This document shows, piece after piece, positions 1-11,273 of a stretch of DNA of 64,000 nt. The position numbers were made by a program, and so were the translations under genes. Location of the stretch: positions 248,001 to 312,000 of the forward strand of contig NW_005201192.1 in the NCBI RefSeq assembly GCF_000372725.1, in the 5' to 3' direction. Source of the DNA: Emiliania huxleyi CCMP1516 (lineage: Eukaryota). Below the pieces are notes generated by a model, which made no database searches, was not told the DNA's origin, and saw nothing but the letters and a program-made list of their open reading frames with translations. Each line of letters opens with the position of its first letter. Position 1 is the stretch's first letter.

Positions 1-2540
1 TCTAGCTGCGCTCCACCCAGCGCCGTGGTGCGGCGCAACTTGGCGGCCACTCGCTTCCCTCGCAACCTCGCCTCGGCCTCGGCGAGTGGCGGCAAACGCG
101 CGCTGGCAGGCAAGTCAGCGGGCGACCTGACGTGCGTGCCGTCCCGCTCGAAGAGCTCGAGGTGCAGGTCGACCTACGTGCAGAAGAGTCACTGACAAGC
201 AGTCCTCTCGCAACGGCTCGAATGGTGCCAGTCGAGGACCTCCGCCACATCCGGCACCGCAGACAAGACTGCGTGGCGCACGCGCACCGCGTGCCGGTGC
301 GCCTCGCGCACCGTCGCGTCCGGATCGATGATCAAACTCGCCTCCACCACCGCCCCGTCGCCGACAAAGCGGCCGGCGCCGCCGCCACTCCCAAAACTGC
401 CGCTGTCGCCGCCCCTCTCGCCTTGGGCGTGGCCTCCGCTTCCGCTGCCGCCGCCACCGCCGCCTCCCCCTCCCTCGCCGCCGCCGCTGCCGGAGCGCCT
501 GGTTCGCGCAAGCGCCCGAAGCTCGGGCTCGTGCAGCAACGCCCACCCGCCCTCTCCGACGCCTGTGTCGGTCGCGTCCCCCTGCCGCACAGTCCGCCAG
601 TGCACGTTGGCGTGCGAGAGGCCCCACACGAGTCCCGCGGAGGCGGCGGAGGAGGCGGCGGGGGCGGCGGCGCATCCACCGGCGACGATGGCGGCTCGCA
701 CGTCGGCGACGATCTCGTGGGACGGCCGCATGAGCTGGTGGAGCGACGGGTTGACGCGGCCCCCGACGACGAGGTCGCCAGAGTACTCGCGCCCTCCTTC
801 GTTGCCGTACTCCGGCCGCTCGGCGTCGAGTGCGATGGAGACCTCAGCGATGCGGAGTCGCTCCTGAAGAGGGAGGAGGCGCTCAGAGACCGCGAGGTGC
901 CACCGTCCTCTGCCGGCAGCGCTGCCGCGCCTCTTCCGACGGCGACGGCGAGGCGGAGCCGCTGAGCACGCGCAGCTTCGCGCGGGTGGCGGCTTGCTGC
1001 GCCGCCGAAACGGAGAGGTGGAAGGGCACCTGCAGCCGCAGCTCGACGGACAGGCCGGCGGGGCCGAGCCTCCGCGCGCGCAGGGACGTGACTCCGAGGG
1101 CCTCGAGGTCGTCCCCTGCGGGTGGAGGCGCGGGAGGGGGAATGGGCGTGGCGCGGGAAGGGCGGGCGGGAGGCCGCCCCGAGAGGCCGCGCGCCTAGCG
1201 CGAGCGACTCGATGGCGGCGAGGGTCTCGCTGTCGATCGCCTCCGTGTCGGTCAGCTCGCCGATGTTCTCCGCCGCCATCCCCACCCCCACCCTCGCAAC
1301 CATCCCCGCCACAACCAAGCCAGCCAGCGGGTCGAGCGCCGTCGCGCCCATCGCGCCGCCGACGACGCCGACGCCCGCCACCACCGAAGAGAGAGCGTCG
1401 GAGCGGTGGTGCCACGCGTTTGCGATGAGGGTCGGCGAGCGCGTGTCGATGCCTATACGGCAGGACAGGGCCCACGCGAGCGCTGGGGGAAGTGCCCACC
1501 AGGCGGGGAGGGAGGCGGCGCTGTCCGAGCGCCGATGCGGTGTGTCTCTCGGTACAGCACCTCCTTGGCGAGCACGCCGCCCGCCGCGGCCGCCACGGCG
1601 CCCCACTGCGAGCCGCTCAGCGCCACGCCCCACGCCTCCGACGCGTCCAGCTGCCTCGCCGCCTCGACTAGCTCCGCGGCAGGCAAGTGAGCGGCGGAGG
1701 GCAGCGGCACTGCGCCGGCCGCAGCCACCAGCGTCGCGGCGTCCGTCCCCGGAAGCACGGCGGCGGGTGCGGCGGCGGCGGGTGCGGCGGCGGTTGCGGC
1801 AGAAGCGGCACCTCCGGCGGCGGCGGCGTCAGGCAGCCACGAGAGCAGCGCATCCGGCGCGTGGGGCAGCAGGATCGGGAGGAGGCAGGAGAGGGAGTGG
1901 AGGCCGACAGAGAGGCCGGCGCCGAGGACGAGCGCGGAGCAAGCGGCCGCTCCCAGCGCCTCGAACTTGCCCGACCCGTACGGCGTGTCGCGCGACAGCG
2001 GCCGCCGTGCAGCCTTGGTAGCCCAAAGCGCGACTCCTAGAGGAAGAGCGACCGCTGCCCTCTGTATGCGGGCGGCGCCGGGTGTATGTTGTTTGATGAG
2101 TAGTACAAAGGTACACCGTCGGACAGCAAGTCCGAGAGCGAGTGCGCGGCATCTGCAACGAGCGCGGGCGAGTTGGCCGCGACGCCCGCCGCTGCTTTGG
2201 CGCCGGCGGCGCCGAGATTGACGCCCGCGCCGATCCACGTGATCCGCTGCGCTGCTGCAAGCTCAGAGTCGACACTGCTCGCCGCGAGCGCGCTGTTTGG
2301 TGGTGCTGCAGTCTCGCCGGCTCGCTTGGAGAGATAGCGCCTCTGCGCGGCCGCCGTGAGCGGACGGATCCGCGTGCCGCAAGATGTCCGCGGATGACCT
2401 GCGACCATGCGAGAAGGGAGGCCGAGCTGCAAAGCGGGCGCCACTGGCACTAACACAGGTACACACGGGAGCCGCCTCGACCCGCGAGAGGCGGCGAGGC
2501 TGGCGAGTGGAGCCGCCACCCAGGGAACCCCTCGGAGCAT
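1..2540 (-). CDS. Cation diffusion facilitator (CDF) metal transporter, MMT1/2-like, probably mitochondrial; multi-exon, 3' end may run off the window
   Basis: Exons give the CDF motifs SPALVADAAHSLSD, PYGSGKFEALG, LIANAWHHRSDALSS and LDPLAGLVVA, plus C-terminal TVREAH..VRHAV..VPDVAEVL. Start is ATG 2540 or ATG 2408 (MVAGHPRTSCGTRIRPLTAAAQRRYLS resembles a presequence). Confidence 0.9.
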
Positions 2541-2866
2541 AGCCCCGGCGAGCCCTCTCTCGAGAGCTCGCCGAGAGAGCTCGCTGGGGCTATGCTCCAA
2601 GAGACCTCGAGAGTGCGTGCGTTGTGCCTCTACTCGCCAGGCGGCGAGGCACTTACTGAGCTCCGTCCAAAAAGAATTTTAGCAACCCGCCCGTGCATGG
2701 CTCTTAAGAGAAACTCCCTGTACAACACTGGGCACGGGACTGGCGCGCAAAAAAGAAGATGATGCACCTAGAATGTCTAGAAACGTACGAAAACACGAAG
2801 CCACGACGAGCTTGTACAGAGCTACTCCAGTGGCCGAACATGGCGGCGAAGCTGCGCCGCATATGA

Positions 2867-5172
2867 CTATAGCACGCAACGTGGGCGAAGCTGCGCCGCC
2901 AGCGTCGCGGGCTCATCAGTGTAGTCGTGGCTGTACTTCTTCCGCCAGTGGAAGACGCCCGCCCTCGCAGTGTAGGTGTAGGCGAGGATGCTCGTGTCGG
3001 GGAGCAGCATCGCGGCGGTGAAGGAGAAGGTCGAGAAACCGGCTATCAGCACCTACACACCCGAGCCAAGGGTCGCTCACGTCGTGGGTGCACCTTGCAC
3101 AGGGGAGTATCGAAGGGTGGGGCACGTCGGAGTGCGTGAGCGCGCGGAAGGCACATGGAGCGTCGCAGGTGGAGTCGCCCACCACCGAGATCTCCCCCCG
3201 TCCCTCGGCGTCTTCGTGGAAGTCCTTGACCACCTGAGAGGGGCGGCGCGCGCAGCGCGCGTGAAGCTACCACCTCTCGGCCAAGCCTCGGGCGCGCCTG
3301 CCTCTCCGCCACCACCCCACCGCCTCTCAGCGCCCTCCTGGCGGCCTCTCCCTTCCCCTCTCCGTTGCCTTTCGGCCTCACCTGCAGGACCTGCGGGTCT
3401 TGATCCTCCTCCGTCACGATCCGGACAGAGGCGCACCCCGTCGGCAGCGCCGCCACCTCGCGCAGCAGCGGGCGGTACATACCCGCCTAACACAGCGGAA
3501 CAGGTCTCGCGAGGCGGTAGGGCCTGCGGCGGTGGCGCGGCGGGTCCCCCGCCTGCACGTACCGCGAGGCCCGCGTCTCGTTATCGATTACGGCGTTGGT
3601 GGTGCCGGAGCCGTCGGACCCCTCCGCCAGCGCGACAATGTCTCCGTTGCGCATGTGGACCGACACGACGAGCGGCAGCGGCGAGCGGCTGTCGGGCCTA
3701 GATCTCAGAGGATGTAGCCTCAGAGCCTCGAGGCTCTCAAACGAGCCGCTCTAGCGCGCAGGAGTCGCCTGTCGGCCGCCCAACGGGCGAGCGCTGGTGG
3801 CCATTTCGCGTCGTCGATGCGGGCGTTGTGCCAGTAGCGTTCGTACCAAAGCGGACGCGTGTCCATGAAGTTAAAGGTGAAGGGGAAGGTTGATCCAAAA
3901 TAGTTGGTGTCCACCGCGCCCACGTACACCTTGCCGTCGTAGTCGAGCTCGGTGTTTGCACTGCAGCACGCCAGTGCCTGCAGCGTGGAGGGGAGAGCAA
4001 GTCTCCCTACGGCGCCCGGCTTCGAAGCCATCCATCGCGATCCCCCTTAGCAGTTCACCCCGCGCCTGCCGCGCGCCGCCAAAGGTCTCGGCGCCAGGGC
4101 ACTCGCACACGAGGCCAAGGTTGCCCGAGGGGAAATCCTTGCTGCAGCCGAAGAGCAGTGTGTCACCGTCCCTCAGCACCGTCGCATTGGTGTCGAGGAC
4201 CAGTTGTTCCGCCTCACAGCTCTCACTCAGTGGAACCTAGGTGCATGCCAGTGATGCGTCCAGGGACATGCACAAGCACATCTTCGCCGGCGGCTGCTCT
4301 CGCGGAATGAGACCGACGCGGGGCAACGCAAGCACACGGACGGCGCAGCGCGCCACCCCTGTGAATGCGGGAGGCTAGGAGGCTCAGTAAAAGGGGCAGG
4401 GAAACTGTGTTGGGTGGTCTCGGAAGGGAGCGGATGCCCATGCTGCTGAGGGTGGTTCCAAGGAGGGTGCATTTGGCTCTTCGGTGAAGCTTCTCGGGAG
4501 TGTCTTTCGCCTGCCCGCCGCCGGTCATGCATCCGACACCGTCGCCGTCGCGCTCCGGATCGTAAACGAGGTTGCTGAAGTTGGCGGCGGTATGGTCAAT
4601 GGTCTGGTGGTCGAGTCGGTTGAACCGGAACTTGAGCGTCCCGTTGGTCGTCATCGCATACAGGAGCTACAGGGACCGGGGTCACAGGCACGGGACTAAG
4701 TCACGCAGGGGCGGTCTGGTCGGTCGCGGGAGATGGGAGGGCCGAGCCGGGAGGGGCCCTGCGGCTGGGTTGCGGCGAGGGCGTTGGTGGCGACGGCTCT
4801 GGTGGCGAGGGCGGCGGCGGCAGGCGCCTGGGCGTTCCACAGGTTGACGGTGTTGCCCAGCCCTCCCCACCCAAAGTAGCGGGCGGGCTTGTAGCATGCC
4901 GAGATGCCCGCCTCCTGCATCGCCGCAACCACCTCCGACAGCTGCTCCCCGTCCGTTATCTTAACCTTCCGTCTGGGGTCTCTACTCTCTTCTATCGACG
5001 GCTCCAACGTCAGAGCACGGGAGGCACCAGAGGCGACGAGCGACGCGATGTGACCACGTAGGCGAGTCGGCGGCCCAGGAGAGTGCAGCGTTAGCCGCGG
5101 CGGGGGGCGCGAGCCGTCAGCGTCGTGCAAGGCAGGGAGCCCCATGCAGCACAGGGGCACCGCCAGCGCCAT
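2867..5172 (-). CDS. Putative GT-B fold fucosyltransferase (GT11/GT23-like), multi-exon
   Basis: Exons read by hand give GWGGLGNT (about 4850), VSVHMRNGD (about 3640-3670, HxRxGD motif) and AFRALTHSD|VLIAGFSTFSFTAAML (3015-3150), the usual fucosyltransferase motifs in order. Confidence 0.7.
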
Positions 5173-5485
5173 TCTAGAGCGGATTACGTCCCAAAACTTG
5201 ACCCAAAGGGATGTGCGCGTCCCTCAATGCAATACTTTATGACGGCTCGGTCGCGTTGTGAATCAATCAAATCTGAATGACCACCGAGGACAACAGAACC
5301 AGTCTCCATACCTACATACAGTCTCCGAGCACTGTACCCGTAGTCTCCAGAAAGAAAGAAAGAAAACAAACCCAAAAGGAGAGGTGGTGATGCGCTAGCC
5401 GTCGCCCACCCTAGGGCGTCCAGTGTTGTGCCTGGGAGTTTACTTGTAAAATTCTTGGAATCCTAAAATTTCATCGGATCCAAGT

Positions 5486-6707
5486 ATGACGGTGACGGTC
5501 GGGGTGACGCTGCCGCGGCTCGACGCGGCCGTCGTCGTGCCTGGCTTCCTCTCCGGCGCCTCTGACTTTAGAGAGATGGCCGATTCGCTCAGCGCACGCG
5601 GCATCCGGACAGCAGTCGTCCCCATGGCAGCTTGGCACTGGCTGCCGTGCCTCGGAGGTCGCTCCATGCGTCCTATCCTCGAGAGGATCGACCACACTGT
5701 GCGTCACCTCGCCGCGGCGGAGGGCGACCCAGCGGCGGTCCCAGGCTTTGAGTACAGCTGGCAAGACTGCCTGACCGACTTTGTGCACACGCCGGGTGGG
5801 ATCTGGGAGGTCGGAGGGAGCGCGGAGGTGCAGGAGTACCCGATTGTGGAGCCGCGTGGACACTTCCCCGAGGCGGGGGCCGCACGCGGTCGCGTTGCTC
5901 TCATTGGCCACTCTGCCGGCGGGTGGATCTCGCGCGTTTACCTCTCCAAAAGGCGCGCTTCCATGGCCCTCGTACCGCCCTCCAGCGCCCTCCCACCCGC
6001 CCACACTGGCGCCGCTGCTCAGCCAGGCGGTATGGCGGCCGAGCCTACGACGGCTCGCAGCTGGTCCACTCCCTCGTCACGCTGGGCGCGCCGCTGGCAG
6101 ACTCGTCTGGGCGCCCTCCCGCCCCAGCTGCCGCCAGAGGCGTGGGGGCCACGAGATATCACGGCTGCCACACGCCAGCGTAGGCCTGCCTTCCGCGGCG
6201 TCGCGTGGGCCAACCAGGAGCCGCCTCCGTCGACGGTGCGCTGCCTCGCCGTCGGCGCCACCGGAACCCCGGGTGGCAGCAGCGGCCGGCTGACCAGGGA
6301 CGCGTACAGCTTTTGCGTCGACGGCGGCGACGGCGCGTTTGGGATCGCGAGGGCGGGGAGGGCGGGGCGCGAGGTCGACGGCCAGAGCTTGCTGCGCCTG
6401 CCCGTAGGCACGAAGCTCGACGGCGACGGCGTCACGCCAACCTTCTCCGCGCTGTCATTGCCTGGCGCCGAGACGTGCGCGAGAGACACTTCCCGAGACT
6501 CCACGCTCCCACTTCGCCGGCGCCAGCAGCGAGGTTTCCCGCGGCTGCAGGCGTGTGCTCGACGGGGTGACGCACTTCCCGTGGGGGGACGTGCCTGGTG
6601 CGGGGCTGGTGGCGCCGGATTTGGCCAAGGAGCACCGCGCGGGGAAGCCGTGGTACGGGTCCCCGTCTGCGATGGAGCAGTGGGCGGATTGGCTACATCG
6701 GGCGTGA
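5486..6707 (+). CDS. Alpha/beta-hydrolase (lipase/PGAP1-like esterase), multi-exon with GC-AG introns
   Basis: VVVPGFL oxyanion region, nucleophile elbow LIGHSAGGW, spliced RYGGRAYDGSQLVHSLVTLGAP, GDGVTP, THFPW; stop TGA at 6705-6707. Confidence 0.85.
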
Positions 6708-7348
6708 GAGCCGCCGTGTCTGTCGCCTCTTGCGAGGCGGGCTGATGAGCTAGGTCGAAGCTGCAGCGAGGAGCTTCGTCGCCGTCGAGCGAGGATGGTT
6801 GAACGCTTTGCATCTACACGTTCTGCGATGAACGGTGGAGACGAGAGCGGGGTGATATGTATTTGTGAGGACTGAGGTCTCTCGAGTGTCGAGAGAGCGC
6901 GATCCCCACGGGCGCAGTGCCAACCCAGAAGCCCAAGCGCCAAGGCGCAAGGGAGTGGCTTCGACGTGTTCAAGGCTTGAGGCTTGGCCGAAAATGACGA
7001 CGTGTAAAGATCGCGCGCTTGTAAAATCATAAAAGCTTGTCATTCAGAGCACACCTGCATCTCGAACCCACGTACATCCGCACGCCGCGAGAGAGCAGAG
7101 TAGCCTCCCTCGCCCTATTGCGTATTGGCACATTGGTTTCGTGCGCTAACCTCCTCTCCTCTCTCCATGCCCGTATGCGGTATCACGGTATTTACTTCTC
7201 AATACAAGATTTGGGGGAAACCAAATCTGGTTGAGGAACCATTTTTAGCTACTTGGGGCTTTCAGACGTCTACGTAGCTTACTAGAGGAAGGAGGACCGA
7301 ACTCGGCCGTCCGCCCGATCAGCCACTTTGTCGCGTCGGGCTCCGGCG

Positions 7349-8089
7349 TCAGGCGTCGCGCGGCCCGACCGAATCCTCTCCGCGCCCTCCCTCGGCCAGC
7401 CGCCCTGCGTCCACAACCGCAGCTGCGCCGCCCGCCGCCGTGTGCCACCTCACTTGCGACTCAAGCCGGAGAGAGATGGACTCGGGCCCGCCCGCGGCGG
7501 CGAAGCTGTCGCGGAGCTGCGCGAGGAAGGGCCGGCCCGAAAACCGGCCTATCCCGTCTGCGAGGCTGTCCCGGTGCCGCGGGCTGTGCGCCTCGAGCTC
7601 GAGCGAGAGCACATTCTCGCACCTCTCGCTGATCCGGCGCACACGCGGAGGAGGCACGTCCGGCCGGGCGGCTGAGGTGCTGCTCGCCACCGCAGCGCGC
7701 TGCACCGCCAGAGTGAGGATTTCCTGCTGCGCCATGATCCACGCCGCGTCGCTCACGCGGATCGCGAACCGCAGCACCTCGGTCGTCGACCGGCGGAGCA
7801 CCGGTCCGCCCTTGAAGCCTGACAACGAGCACGACTGGCTGTCGCGCGCTTCCCACGCGGCCTGCAGCTTGACAAACGCCTCGTTACTCCCTCCCAGGTC
7901 CGGATGCAGCGCCTTTGCTCGCTCGAGGAAGGCCTTACGGAGAGCATCGGGCGGCGTGCCCGGCTCCAGGCCGAGCAAGGACTCGATCGGCTGTGACGTT
8001 CCGCAGCCGCCAGCGCAGGCAGATGCGTGGCGGCGCGCTGCACTGCTCATGACGGCCTGAAGCTTGGTAGGTTTGAGAAGGAAGGACAT
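7349..8089 (-). CDS. DnaJ (J-domain) protein
   Basis: LLGLEPGTPPDALRKAFLERAKALHPDLGGSNEAFVKLQAAWE is a J-domain with the HPD motif; intronless ORF. Confidence 0.85.
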   Translation of the reverse strand: MSFLLKPTKLQAVMSSAARRHASACAGGCGTSQPIESLLGLEPGTPPDALRKAFLERAKALHPDLGGSNEAFVKLQAAWEARDSQSCSLSGFKGGPVLRRSTTEVLRFAIRVSDAAWIMAQQEILTLAVQRAAVASSTSAARPDVPPPRVRRISERCENVLSLELEAHSPRHRDSLADGIGRFSGRPFLAQLRDSFAAAGGPESISLRLESQVRWHTAAGGAAAVVDAGRLAEGGRGEDSVGPRDA

Positions 8090-8261
8090 TGGTGGGGCTG
8101 TGGTGTGCGAGGACTTGCGAAGGACTGCCGTCGGTGCCCTGGCGGTGCGCATCGTCATTTTACAGCTCAAAACAAAAACGAACTCGCACAGATGTGGTGG
8201 CGGCGTGCCGTCCTCCCATCCTCTTTTGGTCACCCAGAGGTCACGGTATAACTGTCTAGAC

Positions 8262-9598
8262 TCATGCGGCGGCGAGGACGGGCTCCTTGCCGGGGAGCAG
8301 CTGGTAGGAGGGTGTCGACTCCGCCAGCGCGAGCTCCTCCTCGCTCATGTCTGCGGGGATGTCGGAGAAGAGCGGCGTGGAGAGGTATCGCTCGCCCGTG
8401 TCGGGCAGCATGGCGAGGATGACCGAGCCCTCGGGCGCCTTCTTGGCCGTCTCCAGCGCCGCCCACATCGTGCCGCCGCCTGAGATGCCCGTGAGGAGCC
8501 CCTCCTTGGCGGCGAGACTCTGGGCGGTGGCGATCGCCCCCGCGCCGGGCACAGGCACCAGCTCGTGCAGCAGCATGTCCATGGGAGCGTCGTGCAGCAC
8601 TTTGGGGATGAAATCTGGCGTCCACCCCTGGATCGGGTGCGCGCTGAAGGCGGGGTGCGAAGCGCTCGGTGAGCCGTCCGGCTTGTGCTCGGTTGGCACG
8701 CCCGAGGCAAGCAGCCCGGCGTCCTCCGGTTCGGCGAGCACGATTTTGACATCTGGCCTTGCCGCCTTGATCGCCTTGCCCGCGCCATGGAAGGTACCTC
8801 CCGTGCCGTAGCCCGTCACCCAGTAGTCGAGCCGCTTGCCCTCAAAGTCTGCCAGGATCTGCGAGGGCGCAGGCATGGCGGACGAGCGTCAGCAGCATAA
8901 AATGGGATGGACACGGTGCGCGCTCGACCTCGGGCCCAGTCGTCACGTTGTGGAACTTCCAGTTCGCCTGCATTGGATTTCAGTAGTAAGCGACTCTTCG
9001 ATACAGTTGAATACAGCTGAATATTTGCCTCTCAAGTGCTAATCGTGAATATAAGGATCTCTATTCCGCATCTAGGCAGCAACACCTCCGTCTCGAACTG
9101 GTGGCACAGGAACCAGCCGTGCTTCTCGGCGAGCTCCTCCGCCTTTTTCACCATGCCAAAGCCCTTGCCCGCCTTTGGCGTCAGCACCACCTTGGCGCCG
9201 AGCATTCGCATCAGTCGGCGTCGCTCCACCGAGAACTGCTCCGCCATGCAGATCACGCATTTGTAGCCGCGCTGCGCACACACCATCGCCACAGCAATGC
9301 CGGTGTTGCCCGACGTCGCCTCAATCACGGTGTCGCCTGGCTTCAGCTTGCCCGACGCCTCGGCCTCCTCGATCACAGCGAGCGCCAGCCGGTCCTTTAC
9401 CGACGACAGCGGATTGAGAAATTCGCATTTTGCAAACACTGTGGTGCCGGGCGGGCAGAGCTTCTCTGAGAGCTTGACGCACGGCGTGTTGCCGATGATC
9501 TCCGTCACGTCCTCGTACAGAGCACCGCGACCAGCGCCGCGACTGCTCACCGTTCGGCTCAGCGCAGACCGCAGCAGCCGGGGCGCAGCGCGGTACAT
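8262..9598 (-). CDS. cysK: Cysteine synthase (O-acetylserine thiol-lyase), likely mitochondrial; 3 exons
   Basis: IGNTP, PLP-lysine motif NPLSSVKDR, EATSGNTG, small exon ANWKFHNVTTGPE (about 8927-8965), GYGTGGT, HPIQGW, PDTGERYLST; Arg-rich N-terminal presequence. Confidence 0.95.
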
Positions 9599-10039
9599 GT
9601 CGCGTGTTTTCGGGGGCGGCGTCGCGGAGAAAAAAATTCCGCGGTGCACAGCAGGAGAGCCCCACCTGTGCCCCTGATCGTCCTTCCAAAATCCTGCTCG
9701 TGCAGGTGTGGACCCTGTCCAGCTGTCCTCCTGCCCCATCCGTTTTGAGTTTGTCTGTTTTCCTTCCTTCCTTCTTGCCGTCCTCTCCTCCCGCCCTTGG
9801 CTTTGCTTTTTCCTTCTAATCTTGCCCCTAGTGTCCGAGGAGGCCACCGGCCAAAAAGCGCTTGTCTTGAAGTCCGTACAAAAAAATCAAAAGTCCAACC
9901 GGTATTCGTCGGCCTTGAGAGCAACTGGGTATAGCCGGTTGCGGCACCTTCAGAAAAATAGACCGCAAAAAAATCGTCTCGTCTCGTATAGCGTTGCGTC
10001 TCGTGTCGTATCGTATCGTATCGTCTCGTTTGTCGATGT

Positions 10040-10658
10040 CCGACTGGGCGGAGGAGTCGTCACGCCCCCTTCGAACGCCCTCTTCGCCGGCTCGTGCAAG
10101 ATCCGAGATCCGCTCGACCATGCCGTTCCATTCGTGGGACTACTCCGCCGCTCTGCAGGCGAGCAACCCGGACGGGGCGGACATGCCCTGGCGCGCGGGC
10201 AAGATGCTCAAGTCAGGCGAGAATTTCTTCACGGCGCGCCGCCCAGCACCCAGCCCGTCGCCCCCCCCCCCCCCCTTCCCGCCCTCGCCCTCGACCCCCC
10301 CCCCCTTCGCCCCCGCACCTCATTCTCACCCTTCACCTTCACCCCTAGCCATCAAAAGGACAACCCACACGGGTATGCCGTCAACTGTGGCACGGAGGAC
10401 GCCAAGTCCCCCGCGAAGCAGCCATACCAGCCCTCTCCTCGCGACGTCGAGTTTGGAAAGCAGGTGCTGGGCCAGTGGCTGGCCTTCATCAAGACGGGGA
10501 ACCCCGGATGGGAACCCGTCGGCTCGAGCGACTGGTCGGACTACCAGCACGGCAAGATCACCGACAAGCCCGCCGCGACGGTGCTGAGCTACAAGCAGCC
10601 GGCGTGCGACTACCTCAAGAAGGCTGGGGTGGACATCCGCTGGTGGTGGGTCAACTGA
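10040..10658 (+). pseudogene. Orphan C-terminal fragment of a type-B carboxylesterase-like gene with a frameshift
   Basis: PFHSWD and QWLAFIKTGNPGWEP resemble a carboxylesterase C-terminus. There is no room for the catalytic N-terminal part, and a 7-bp duplication AGATCCG at 10099-10112 breaks the frame. Confidence 0.55.
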
Positions 10659-11273
10659 GAGGGTTGGCCGGACGCTCACCGCACCCCCGGCGCCACAGCT
10701 CTGAGCGCGAACAACCTAGCGCGCTCCCTCGCCACGCGCGCGCGTCCGTGTGGACGCATGGAGATACGCGCGCGTGCCACACATGCATACTCTCCATGCC
10801 GCGAGCCCGCGCCTGCGCCGCTCGTCTCGTGCGATGGCACGTCGCCTGCTGGGTCGCCCGCGCGCATCCTCCATGCACTTTTGGTGCGCATCCTCCATGA
10901 TTTCATGTGCGCCTACCGGCTTTTTCTACATATTTCTGAATGAATGTTCTATCTGATGCGCTCATGTTATGGAACAAACGCAAAGGCACAGACACATCAC
11001 ACAAGACTCAAGAGGTCCCTTTATTTATGTTTCCTTCTCTACGCAGCTACGGACGGCTTTAACATCTAAGCTCTAAGTCTAACGGCTTTAGGTTGAGCCT
11101 TTAGAAGAAAAGGCAGTCCAGAGACGTAGGCTGACCACGCTTGGGCCCCGTGCCGGAAACGTGCCGGCCACAGGCCGTAGCTCGAGAGCGCTTCGCGTTG
11201 CCCGCTTCTTTTAAAGACTGAACCGATTGTAACGTTCTCCGCGCGGACCGTTCACTTGCCATACGGGCGCGAA

